Shown: in pieces, positions 17,068 to 25,750 of the stretch
Layout: the number at the start of each line of letters is the position of its first letter
Position numbering within the stretch: position 1 is the stretch's first letter
Source of the DNA: Caldimicrobium thiodismutans
GTDB taxonomy: Bacteria > Desulfobacterota > Thermodesulfobacteria > Thermodesulfobacteriales > Thermodesulfobacteriaceae
NCBI RefSeq assembly: GCF_001548275.1
Contig: NZ_AP014945.1
Coordinates: 1,590,001 to 1,622,000, forward strand
Direction: 5' to 3'
Length of the DNA stretch: 32,000 nucleotides
The notes under the pieces: model-generated
What the model was told of the DNA's origin: nothing
Database searches by the model: none
The model's input: only the letters and a program-made list of their open reading frames with translations
Made by a program: the position numbers and the translations under genes

Positions 17068-17107
17068 TCTTTTTAGAAGAAAAAAAACTAAAAGTGAGGT
17101 GTAGGGA

Positions 17108-18628
17108 ATGAAGGTGATAAATAATCTTTTTTCACTTAGTCCTGAAGGCCAAATTCCTGGATATGGTTCAATGCAAGAAGGCCTGTTTCTTCAGGATTTT
17201 TTAATCCTTTTATTTGCTTATTTAAATCAAGGTGAGCCTACTCTATCAACCAATCCAAATCTTACTAAAGAGGTCTCTCTAAGCCTAAAAAACAACGATT
17301 CCATAACTGACAAATTGCCATCTCTCTCTAATACCCAGCAATTTTTCCTTAAAGATATTGAGAATTCAATATCTAATCATCTTACCCAATTACCCCTTCC
17401 TGATTTTGTCTTTAATACTTCTGGTGATCTAAAAAATTCATCTCAATTAATTAAAAAATTTACTCTAAATGAAGAATGGAAATATTTTGGAGATGAATTT
17501 TCCAATCTTTCATTATACATAGCCTTTACCATGATATTGCTTGAGAGATTTTTCAGTTATGATTCTTATAAGTTAAATACTAATCAGGAAAGTCAGGGAT
17601 CTCCAATGAATAATTTTCCTGAAAAAGGGTTTTTATTAAGCACTTTAAATTTTGATTCCCATCAAATTCAAGATCAAGTTAAAGAGGTGCTTACTTCTAT
17701 AGAGAGAAATATTAGACAAATTGATACAGAAAAAATAGAAAACTTTTTTGAAACTTTTAGTTCTTTAAATAAACTATCAGGTGAGACCCAAGACTTTTTA
17801 AAAAGCTATTTTGAGACACTAAGGGCTGAGATAAAAGAAGGGTATAACCTGCATGAAAATTTAAATCTTACAAAGATTAAAGATAGTTTTTCTCAGCTTT
17901 CAGATAAAGCAAAGGAGGAGATAAAAGGTCTTATTCAGCAGGCAAAGGAGGAGGTAAAAGAGGTTATCCTTCAGGAGAAAGGAATAGGTAGCAACCCACA
18001 TGAGGTATCTTTGCAGAGGTTTTGGTTATCAGGGGATGGGAAGCCTCTTCTTTTAAAGGTAAAAACTTTTTCTGTTAAGGAAGATTTTTCATCTGATTCT
18101 AAACAGCAGGTTTTAATTCAGAATCCAGTGGATTTTTATTTAAAGGGAAAGGAGGTCAACAGCCAGGCAGAGGCTTTTTTCCAGGAAAACAGGGTATTGT
18201 CACCTAAGGTGCAGGCTGGAGAGATTCATCACTTTGTAAGGGAATTAACTATTGAGATAGTGCCTTCCGGGGAAAGAAGGGCAATTGTTCAGCTTGAGCC
18301 ACCTGAACTTGGAAAGATGGAACTTGAAGTCAAGGTGCAGAATGGAGAGGTTGAGGTGCATGCCCGTGTAGAAAAACTTGAGACCCTCTCTCATCTTCAG
18401 CAAGATTTTTCCCAGATTAAGACCCAACTTGAGGATCTGGGCTTAAGGCTTAAGGATTTCCAGATTTCCCTCGGGCTTTCTCCAGAGGGGAAAAATTTTG
18501 GTAATGGTGAGGAAAAGGGTAATCAGAGAAAGGGTAATAAATTCGGTGAGGGGGTTATTACTCAGGTTGAGGGTGGAGAGGACAAAAGTCCTCTTTATCA
18601 TCAGGGAAGATTATATCGCATAGTTTAA
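17108..18628 (+). CDS. fliK: Flagellar hook-length control protein
   Basis: 506 aa with a low-complexity N-terminal part. The C-terminal Flg_hook-type domain reads IVQLEPPELGKMELEVKVQNGEVEVHARVEKLETLSHLQQDFSQIKTQLEDLGLRL. RBS GAGGTG. Confidence 0.85.
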   Translation: MKVINNLFSLSPEGQIPGYGSMQEGLFLQDFLILLFAYLNQGEPTLSTNPNLTKEVSLSLKNNDSITDKLPSLSNTQQFFLKDIENSISNHLTQLPLPDFVFNTSGDLKNSSQLIKKFTLNEEWKYFGDEFSNLSLYIAFTMILLERFFSYDSYKLNTNQESQGSPMNNFPEKGFLLSTLNFDSHQIQDQVKEVLTSIERNIRQIDTEKIENFFETFSSLNKLSGETQDFLKSYFETLRAEIKEGYNLHENLNLTKIKDSFSQLSDKAKEEIKGLIQQAKEEVKEVILQEKGIGSNPHEVSLQRFWLSGDGKPLLLKVKTFSVKEDFSSDSKQQVLIQNPVDFYLKGKEVNSQAEAFFQENRVLSPKVQAGEIHHFVRELTIEIVPSGERRAIVQLEPPELGKMELEVKVQNGEVEVHARVEKLETLSHLQQDFSQIKTQLEDLGLRLKDFQISLGLSPEGKNFGNGEEKGNQRKGNKFGEGVITQVEGGEDKSPLYHQGRLYRIV

Positions 18629-18648
18629 GAAGAGGAGGAGGTAAGAAA

Positions 18649-19311
18649 ATGGCGGTTATAAATAACATTGATGAAAAGACAGGACAGCCAGCTAATCTTT
18701 CAAGGATCCCTAAGAAAGTGCTTGATAAAGAGGCCTTTATGCAGCTTTTTATCACCCAGCTTCAGTATCAGGACCCAATGAAACCCATTGAGAATCACGA
18801 AATGGCTTTACAACTGGCAGCCTTCAATCAGGTGGATCAACTTATGAATCTAAATGACAAGCTTTCTCAAATGGTGGATTTATATAAAGCTAATGAGTAT
18901 ACCCTTTTTGCTAATCTTGTTGGGAAAGAAGTTAAGATTGAAGGTAATACAGTAAGAGTGGAAAATGGGAAATTTCTTGGTGCAGAATTTGAGCTTTCTA
19001 ATCCAGCTAATACTGCCCTTGTTACCATAAGGAATGCCCAGGGCCAGATCATAAAGACTATGCCCCTTTACAATCTCCCACAAGGCATAAATAGGGTTGA
19101 CTGGGATGGAACTGACGATAGAGGTAATCCAGTGCCAGATGGAAATTATAAAATTTCTATAACTATTGGAACGGGAGATAATGCTCAGAGTGTAACGCCA
19201 GTTGTTATAGCGAGGATTACAGGAGCTACTCTTGGAGACAAACCTACGCTTAAGGTAAACGATATTGAGACTATTAGTCTTGATAAAATAAAGGAGATTT
19301 TAGGGAGGTAA
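18649..19311 (+). CDS. flgD: Flagellar hook capping/assembly protein
   Basis: LDKEAFMQLFITQLQYQDPMKP N-terminal FlgD motif, plus a C-terminal Ig/FLgD-like domain (VDWDGTDDRGNPVPDGNYKISI). RBS GGAGGAGG. Confidence 0.9.
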   Translation: MAVINNIDEKTGQPANLSRIPKKVLDKEAFMQLFITQLQYQDPMKPIENHEMALQLAAFNQVDQLMNLNDKLSQMVDLYKANEYTLFANLVGKEVKIEGNTVRVENGKFLGAEFELSNPANTALVTIRNAQGQIIKTMPLYNLPQGINRVDWDGTDDRGNPVPDGNYKISITIGTGDNAQSVTPVVIARITGATLGDKPTLKVNDIETISLDKIKEILGR

Positions 19312-19316
19312 GTCCT

Positions 19317-20702
19317 ATGAGTCTCTTTGGCAATATGTATATTGGATACTCTGGGCTTTATACAGATACCATTGCTACAAGGGTATCTGCTGACAATATT
19401 GCTAACTTGAATACTATTGCTTTTAAGGGATCTCGGACTGAGTTTGCCAGTAGGCTCGTAAGGGAAAGCGAAGTTTTTGGAAGGGAAAGGGGGATTGGAT
19501 CAGCGGTCAAGGATATTCGCTCTATTTTTACCCAGGGACCAATTCAAAGCACAGATGTCCCCACAGACCTTGCTATATCTGGGAAAGGTTTCTTCGTATT
19601 AGCGGATAAAAAGGGCAATTTCTATTATACCAGGGATGGACAATTTTTTATTAATGATGCAGATAAGGATCATTTTACCTTACAAAATGCCCTTGGGATG
19701 AGCCTTCTTGGAGCAGACCCCACTGCAACCTCTGCAGATCTTGCAACTCTTAAACCTTATATTATTCCCAAGGTCATGTCCTCCAAGGCAACATCTACCC
19801 TTTCTGTCGAACTTATTCTGGATGCAAGAACCCCTGTAAATAGCCAGAGTTTACTTGACAAATATGATGCTTCTTTAAGACCTGATAAACCTTTAGAAGA
19901 GGGAGCATATAACTGGGTCTTTGACTGGTATATCTATGATCAAACCGGAGAGATGATACCAGTAAAACTTTATGTAGATAGAGGAGACTCTGCTAATACT
20001 TATGAAGTGCTTTTTGCCCTTGCTGATCCAGCTAAGGATGGAAGGGGAGATGGAAAGATGAAAGGAGCCTTTTTATACGGCACCTTAACCTTTGGTGGAG
20101 GGGGTGAAATAGTTTCAGCAGATTTTTCTCAGGTCTCCCTTGATGGCACTTTAACTCCCCTTGATCTAACAGCCCTTGGAAAGCCAAAAACCCCTTTAAA
20201 CATAAATGGAAGAACCCAGGAAATAACCCTTGATCTTGGTTTTACTGTGAATCCAGATGCTTCTATAACCCGGGAAAGGGGCTCTATTAAAATGATAGCC
20301 AATGCCTTTACCCAGCTTGGATTTATCCAAGATGGTTATCCTATGGGAATTTTTGAAAGAATTGAAGTTATAAATGAAGAGGGTCTTATTAAGGCCTGGT
20401 ATACCAACCAGAAAGAAATTGCGGTTGCAAGGATTTTTCTTGCAGATTTTTCAGGTTATGAAGATTCCCTGGAAAAATTAGGAAATGGGCTTTTTAGAAC
20501 CAGGCCTGGTGTTACCACCTATTTTTTTGCTCCAAGTTCTGCTGAAAGGGGAAGAATAGTATCAGGTGCCCTTGAGGGCTCAAATGTGGATCTTGCAAAT
20601 GAGATGGTGAATCTAATTATGCTTCAAAGAAGTTTTCAGAGTAATTCCCGGGTGATAACAACTTCAGATCAGATGCTTGAAGACTTTTTGAGACAGAGGT
20701 AA
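19317..20702 (+). CDS. flgE: Flagellar hook protein, short paralog (461 aa)
   Basis: N-terminal rod/hook motif (ADNIANLNTIAFKGSR), GKGFF..YTRDGQF, and a C-terminal LEGSNVDLANEMVNLIMLQRSFQSNSRVITTSDQML domain. Confidence 0.85.
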   Translation: MSLFGNMYIGYSGLYTDTIATRVSADNIANLNTIAFKGSRTEFASRLVRESEVFGRERGIGSAVKDIRSIFTQGPIQSTDVPTDLAISGKGFFVLADKKGNFYYTRDGQFFINDADKDHFTLQNALGMSLLGADPTATSADLATLKPYIIPKVMSSKATSTLSVELILDARTPVNSQSLLDKYDASLRPDKPLEEGAYNWVFDWYIYDQTGEMIPVKLYVDRGDSANTYEVLFALADPAKDGRGDGKMKGAFLYGTLTFGGGGEIVSADFSQVSLDGTLTPLDLTALGKPKTPLNINGRTQEITLDLGFTVNPDASITRERGSIKMIANAFTQLGFIQDGYPMGIFERIEVINEEGLIKAWYTNQKEIAVARIFLADFSGYEDSLEKLGNGLFRTRPGVTTYFFAPSSAERGRIVSGALEGSNVDLANEMVNLIMLQRSFQSNSRVITTSDQMLEDFLRQR

Positions 20703-20761
20703 AACCAGTGATCTTAAAAAAAATTAAAAAATAACCGAAAATAAAAAAAGGGGGTGATTTT

Positions 20762-23002
20762 ATGGGTTTAACAGATGCACTTTTTACTGGAACAAGTGGA
20801 TTAAGGGCCCTTGGGCATGGAATGAGTGTTATTGGTGACAATGTATCTAATCTTAATACTACCGCCTTTAAAGGGGCTCGGATTACCTTTTCAGACATTA
20901 TGGCCCAGTCTATTAATACAGCCGCAGGTTCTGGTCAGCTTGGAAGAGGTTCTGGAATTCAGGCTCTATATCAGCTTTTTACTCAGGGTGCCTTTGAATC
21001 CACAGCAAGTCCAACTGATATGGCTATTGCAGGGGCCGGGTTCTTTATGGTTAAGAACCCACAAACTACAGGTGGAATCTTTTATACAAGGGATGGACAG
21101 TTTGTAATTGACAAAGAGGGCTTCCTTGTTAATCCCCAGGGATTAAGGGTTCAGGGCTGGAAAATTGATGAAGTAACCAATGATATTACAGGAGCTTTAA
21201 CTGACATCCGTATAGACCGTTCTTCTCCTCCAGTAAAAACTACAAAGGTTGATATGATTACCAATCTTGATGCAAGAACCGAGGCAAGAAGTAATGTTAT
21301 CAATCTAAGTGGTAATCTCAAAGATGCAATAGGTGGTGGAGGCACCTCAGTATCTAATACTTTTGTAATAAGGGATATTGATGGAAAAGATAATAAAATA
21401 CAGGTTACTTTAACCTGGGATGTGGATATACAAAAATGGAGCTATACCATTACTGATGTTGCAAGTGGACAAATTCTCTCTTCAGGAACAAATGTTACTT
21501 CTACCAGGACAACTATAGAACTACCTTCAACAAAGGAACAGATAATTTTTGACTGGAGTAGTATTACTCATGATAGTGCCGCTGACGATAGCTTAAATAT
21601 TCCTGGAAGAACAGGAAGAATTGAAATTAACCCTACTGGAATTACACCGGGTGCGTGGACTTCATATTATTTTGATAATGTAGTGGATGCTAATGGAACC
21701 TCAAGGGATATAAGAGTTTGGTTACAATATGACAACACTACCTCAAGATGGAATTATTATGTTTTTGAAAATCCAACAGATGGTGCTACAGAGCCCTCTG
21801 AAGAAACAGGAGCAATTCAACTTGCAAGAGGTGAAAAATCAAATGAGACCAATATCTTTTTCTTTCTTGATGGAACCTCTCAGAGGATCAATCTTGATTG
21901 GTCAACCACTAATCCCACTAATCCCACTACATACATTTTACAGGAACCTCCTACTCTCTTTTCTTCCTGGGATGCCAAAAAAGAGGTGCCAATTCCATCT
22001 ACAGCCTATGCCTATCGTTCCACTATGTTTGTATATGACTCCTTGGGAACACCCCATGAAATCACCTTTTATTTTAATCCAACCTCAAAGGACAATGTAT
22101 GGGAAGTTCTTGTAGCTTGCAATCCAAATGAGGACCAGCGGGATTTTACAAGAGATACCAATCCCATGCAATGGCAATATGAAGAGGGTGCTGTAACTCA
22201 AAAGGTCTCTATAGATTCGGGAAAGGTTTTTACTGAGGAAAAAAGAGGAGTATTAATGTATGGAAGGCTTGAATTTGATAATCAGGGTAATGTGAAAAAG
22301 TTTTATGAGACCTACAGGCTTGATGCTAACACAGGAGCCCTTGTGCAGATAATTCAGGGATATGCCCAAAATGGTCAACCAGTAGCCTTACCAGAAGATA
22401 AATACGGTGCCCTTGGAGCCAATGGATATCCTTTGATAGTAGCAGATTTCCTTGGCATTGATTTCACTTATGATCATTACGCTCCCAATGATGTGAATCA
22501 AGGATCCCTTAGAAATGATCTACAACAAATTGAACTTAATTTTGGGTATTTTTATAAAGACACCTGGCGCTCTGAATCCGTTCGCACAACTCAATATGCA
22601 ACCTCTAATGCTACTCTCTTTTATGATCAGAATGGTTTTGGACCAGGAGCCCTTGAAAACATATCTGTTGACAATGAGGGTCGTATAACTGGAATCTATT
22701 CCAATGGAAGGGTTATTCCTCTCTGGATGGTGGGATTAGCAAACTTTAATGCCCCAGAAAGATTGCAGAAAGTGGGTGGAAATCTTTTTAGAGAAACCAC
22801 CCATTCAGGACCGCCTGTTACTGGAAAACCAGGCACAAATGGCCTTGGAACCATTGCCCCAAACTCCATTGAACAATCTAATGTGGACCTGGGAGAACAG
22901 TTTGTGAAAATGATCATCTTTCAGAGGGGCTTTCAGGCTGATTCTCGTATCATTACAGTTTCAGATACCATGCTTGAAGAACTCATTAATCTCAAGAGAT
23001 AA
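20762..23002 (+). CDS. flgE: Flagellar hook protein, long paralog (746 aa) with expanded central domains
   Basis: N-terminal GDNVSNLNTTAFKG, GAGFF..YTRDGQF, and C-terminal IEQSNVDLGEQFVKMIIFQRGFQADSRIITVSDTML. The central insertion is large compared with the short paralog. Confidence 0.85.
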   Translation: MGLTDALFTGTSGLRALGHGMSVIGDNVSNLNTTAFKGARITFSDIMAQSINTAAGSGQLGRGSGIQALYQLFTQGAFESTASPTDMAIAGAGFFMVKNPQTTGGIFYTRDGQFVIDKEGFLVNPQGLRVQGWKIDEVTNDITGALTDIRIDRSSPPVKTTKVDMITNLDARTEARSNVINLSGNLKDAIGGGGTSVSNTFVIRDIDGKDNKIQVTLTWDVDIQKWSYTITDVASGQILSSGTNVTSTRTTIELPSTKEQIIFDWSSITHDSAADDSLNIPGRTGRIEINPTGITPGAWTSYYFDNVVDANGTSRDIRVWLQYDNTTSRWNYYVFENPTDGATEPSEETGAIQLARGEKSNETNIFFFLDGTSQRINLDWSTTNPTNPTTYILQEPPTLFSSWDAKKEVPIPSTAYAYRSTMFVYDSLGTPHEITFYFNPTSKDNVWEVLVACNPNEDQRDFTRDTNPMQWQYEEGAVTQKVSIDSGKVFTEEKRGVLMYGRLEFDNQGNVKKFYETYRLDANTGALVQIIQGYAQNGQPVALPEDKYGALGANGYPLIVADFLGIDFTYDHYAPNDVNQGSLRNDLQQIELNFGYFYKDTWRSESVRTTQYATSNATLFYDQNGFGPGALENISVDNEGRITGIYSNGRVIPLWMVGLANFNAPERLQKVGGNLFRETTHSGPPVTGKPGTNGLGTIAPNSIEQSNVDLGEQFVKMIIFQRGFQADSRIITVSDTMLEELINLKR

Positions 23003-23016
23003 TCAGGCCTTAATCC

Positions 23017-23039
23017 GGGGAGAGGCGTTCCCTCTCCCC
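23017..23039. terminator. GC-rich hairpin after flgE (possible terminator, no clear U-tract)
   Basis: GGGGAGAGG-CGTTC-CCTCTCCCC, a 9-bp perfect stem, 15 nt after the flgE stop. There is no T-run on either strand, so its function as an intrinsic terminator is uncertain. Confidence 0.45.
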
Positions 23040-23095
23040 CCTTGCATAGGTTTAATATTCTTACAAAAAAAGAAGGGTGGTTAGTTTGGTAAAAA

Positions 23096-23392
23096 GGAAG
23101 TTATTTTATCTCACCTATCCTTTTTATTGTCAATTTTTCCCTGAAAATAATTTCCTTTTTTCTTTAAATATACTCTCTGAAGCATTTTCTGATATCTCCT
23201 TATCTTTATGTAAAGCTCCTTTACCTTTCCACTCGCTCTTTCCTTTGAAATAAGCTTTGCTAAAGAACTAAGCTTGTAATTTTAAGAGGGGCGAAAAAGA
23301 TAGTTTTTTTTGTGAAGGTTCAAGAGAGGAGCTGAGATTTTTTATATGGGGCAACGATAAAATTTTGAATAGATTTTTAATGAGGCAATTTG
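23096..23392 (-). repeat. Intergenic cassette, copy C (inverted relative to A and B)
   Basis: The reverse complement aligns end to end with copy B (37-nt and 35-nt exact runs) and with the right block of copy A (24-nt exact run including TTGACA). Confidence 0.85.
23103..23134 (-). promoter_or_regulatory. Candidate sigma70-type promoter at the right end of copy C, pointing into the flgE 3' end
   Basis: Minus-strand TTGACA (23134-23129). Candidate -10 boxes are GATAAA (18-nt spacer) or TAAAAT (20-nt spacer). No annotated gene lies downstream on that strand. Confidence 0.3.
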
Positions 23393-23396
23393 CCCC

Positions 23397-23425
23397 TTGT
23401 AAAGTTGTAAATTTAAATCTAAAAT
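23397..23425 (+). promoter_or_regulatory. Candidate promoter giving a leaderless helicase mRNA (TTGTAA-17-TAAAAT)
   Basis: TTGTAA at 23397-23402, a 17-nt spacer, TAAAAT at 23420-23425, then 6 nt (AAAGCT) and the ATG at 23432. No Shine-Dalgarno is present. Confidence 0.45.
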
Positions 23426-23431
23426 AAAGCT

Positions 23432-25750
23432 ATGTCCCCAAATTTAATTCTTTATCAGGCCAGTGCTGGCTCTGGAAAGACCTATCAACTCTCCTTAAGT
23501 TATCTTAAACTCTTGAAGTGCTTTTCTCAATCAAAAAAAGAGGCCTTAAAGGGCATTCTTGCTATAACCTTTACCAATAAGGCAGTTTATGAGATGAAGG
23601 ATCGCATTATTTCCTTTCTTAAAGAGATAGCTTTGAAGACAAATAAAGGCCTTATTCTTGCTCAGGAAAGTGGTCTCACTCCTCAGGAAGCAGAAAATTT
23701 TTTAGAGGAAATTTTTCTCCATTATGATTATCTTGAAATTAGAACCATTGATAGCTTTTTACTTAAGCTTTTCCGAGGGTTGGCCTACGAGTTGAATCTC
23801 CATCCTGATTTTAAAATCAAAAACTATTTAGATGATACCCATATTGAAAGGGCTCTCATTCGCCTCTTTGAAAAAGCTCAGCTTGATGAAAAAATCTGGC
23901 AATTTTTAGAGGCCTTTGTGGACTTTCTTTTAAGCTATGAAGACTCCTTAAAAATAAACTTTAAGAGCAAAATAATTTCAGAACTTGAAAAATTAGTTAA
24001 TCTTTCCACTTACCGGGAGGAACTTCTCCGCACAAATGAAGAATTTGATACCTTTGAAGAAAATTCCTCTGATAAACCTACAACCTCTTTAAGAGGACAC
24101 CTCTATTTTAAACTCTGGAACTTACTTAAAGAAGAATTAGAGAAGGTGCTTAATGAAGAAGGCACTCTCTATATGGGGATCTGGAAAGAAAAACTTGCTC
24201 AGACCTTACAGAGGGACTTTTTACCCTGGATTTATCTGAAACTTGGAAATTTGCAGGCCTTTATCATTGATGAGTTTCAGGATACCGATAAATTGCAGTG
24301 GACTGCAATTTTTCCCTTAGTTGAAGATCTCATAAGTAACCGCAAGCTTTTTCTTGCTGCAGGTGATACCAAACAGTCTATTTATCGCTGGAAAGGAGGA
24401 GATCCTGGTCTCATTCGTTCTCTTAAAGAGAATTTAAGAGATTATGGGCTTTCTGAAAAAAATTTAAATTTTAATTTCAGAAGCTCTCTGTCTATTGTTG
24501 AATTCAATAACTCTTTTTTTAATTTTCTTAAAAATGAGGAAGAACTTAAAAAAGAGATATTAAAAAGGATTGTTTTTGGAAAAAACGACAAAAAGCCAGA
24601 AGAGGATCTTTTATCCTTAGCGCAGAGTGAATTTGATGAACTTTTTTCCCATATTACTCAGTCTGCTAATAAAGATCATCCCGGGAAGGTTTTTATTGAA
24701 TGGCTCCCTGTGAAGGGAGAGACTCAAAAGTTAGCTAACGCCCTTATTTATCAAAAGATTAAAGATATATTAGAGGAGCTCAAGAACAAAGACTCCTTAG
24801 AAAATACCGCCATTCTTATGAGGGAAAACAAAGAGGTCATTGAGATGTCAGCCTATCTTTTATCCCAGGGGTTTAGTGTTATTGGAAGCTCTTTTTTAAA
24901 GTTAAAGGAATCTCCACTCATTAATACTCTGGTTTCCTATTTAAGGCTCCTTTATGGCTATGAGGATGAAATATCTCTCGCTACTATCCTATTGGGTCTC
25001 TTTAAAGAGAGGGGAAAGGAAATTCTCTTAAATTATCAAAAAATAAGACCTTTTAAAAATTTGGATTTTACCCTTCTTAGCTATCTTAAAACTTATGAAT
25101 CTTCCTTTTATAAGGAAGCCTTTGAAATTCCCCTCAGTAAGGGAAGATTACTAAATATTTACCAGTTTGTGAGATTCCTGGTAAGTTTCTTTTCCTTGGA
25201 AGAGGCCTTTCCTCAGGAAAAACCCTATCTTTGTAAATTTTTAAGCTTACTGCTAAGATTTACCGCTCAAGAAGGAGACCCCTTAGAGTTTTTAGATAAC
25301 TGGGAGAACTTAGCTGAGGAGGAAGAGGTTGAACTTCCAGAAGAAAGCTCAAGCATTAAAGTCATGACTATTCATAAGTCAAAGGGGCTTGAATTTTCTA
25401 AGGTAATTGTTCCCCTAAACTTTAATACCAGAAGGTATCAACCCCCTCTGGGTTTACTCTTTACTGAAAAGGGGGTGCATAAGGGAAAAAAGGATGAACT
25501 TCCTCAAGAGTTACTTTATCTCTATTATTTGGAAAAAATTCAGCATTCTTTGGAGATCTTTAATCTTTTTTATGTGGCCTTTACAAGAGCCATGCAAAAT
25601 CTTTATATTCTTGTTCCAGTGGGTTTAAAAAATAATTTTGATTCCGCTGAAATTTTTATTCAGATTTTTGAATCTTTAAAAGAGCAAGTCTCCGTCCTTA
25701 AAGTGAAAAATTTTCTTGTAGAAAGATCTTTAAATCTTCATAATTTTTAA
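23432..25750 (+). CDS. UvrD/Rep/AddA-family superfamily 1 helicase, no recognisable nuclease domain
   Basis: Walker A ASAGSGKT, motif Ia TFTNKAVYEM, motif II IIDEFQDT, motif III GDTKQSIYRWKGG, motif V TIHKSKGLEF, motif VI YVAFTRAMQNLYIL. The protein ends about 45 aa after motif VI. Confidence 0.85.
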   Translation: MSPNLILYQASAGSGKTYQLSLSYLKLLKCFSQSKKEALKGILAITFTNKAVYEMKDRIISFLKEIALKTNKGLILAQESGLTPQEAENFLEEIFLHYDYLEIRTIDSFLLKLFRGLAYELNLHPDFKIKNYLDDTHIERALIRLFEKAQLDEKIWQFLEAFVDFLLSYEDSLKINFKSKIISELEKLVNLSTYREELLRTNEEFDTFEENSSDKPTTSLRGHLYFKLWNLLKEELEKVLNEEGTLYMGIWKEKLAQTLQRDFLPWIYLKLGNLQAFIIDEFQDTDKLQWTAIFPLVEDLISNRKLFLAAGDTKQSIYRWKGGDPGLIRSLKENLRDYGLSEKNLNFNFRSSLSIVEFNNSFFNFLKNEEELKKEILKRIVFGKNDKKPEEDLLSLAQSEFDELFSHITQSANKDHPGKVFIEWLPVKGETQKLANALIYQKIKDILEELKNKDSLENTAILMRENKEVIEMSAYLLSQGFSVIGSSFLKLKESPLINTLVSYLRLLYGYEDEISLATILLGLFKERGKEILLNYQKIRPFKNLDFTLLSYLKTYESSFYKEAFEIPLSKGRLLNIYQFVRFLVSFFSLEEAFPQEKPYLCKFLSLLLRFTAQEGDPLEFLDNWENLAEEEEVELPEESSSIKVMTIHKSKGLEFSKVIVPLNFNTRRYQPPLGLLFTEKGVHKGKKDELPQELLYLYYLEKIQHSLEIFNLFYVAFTRAMQNLYILVPVGLKNNFDSAEIFIQIFESLKEQVSVLKVKNFLVERSLNLHNF

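Noticed and set aside
20826-22115. Alternative-frame and antisense ORFs within the long flgE (20826-21107, 21151-21345, 21729-22115, 22696-22917), plus 20617-20898 bridging the two flgE genes.
   Set aside because: They are embedded in a gene with clear FlgE termini and a continuous frame. Their translations are proline/leucine-rich nonsense typical of off-frame reading.
16197-23392. Idea that the hook module is a genomic island integrated at ssrA.
   Set aside because: ssrA-targeting islands insert at the tmRNA 3' end and duplicate it. The hook genes lie on the 5' (promoter) side, and I found no second copy of the ssrA 3' segment (GGTTCAATTCCCGCCGCCTCCACCA) or an integrase in the window.
25698-25750. 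53-nt convergent overlap between the helicase and HAD phosphatase 3' ends.
   Set aside because: This is probably just compact gene packing or a slightly over-extended helicase tail. No hairpin or other signal is visible in the overlap, so it is not reported as a finding.
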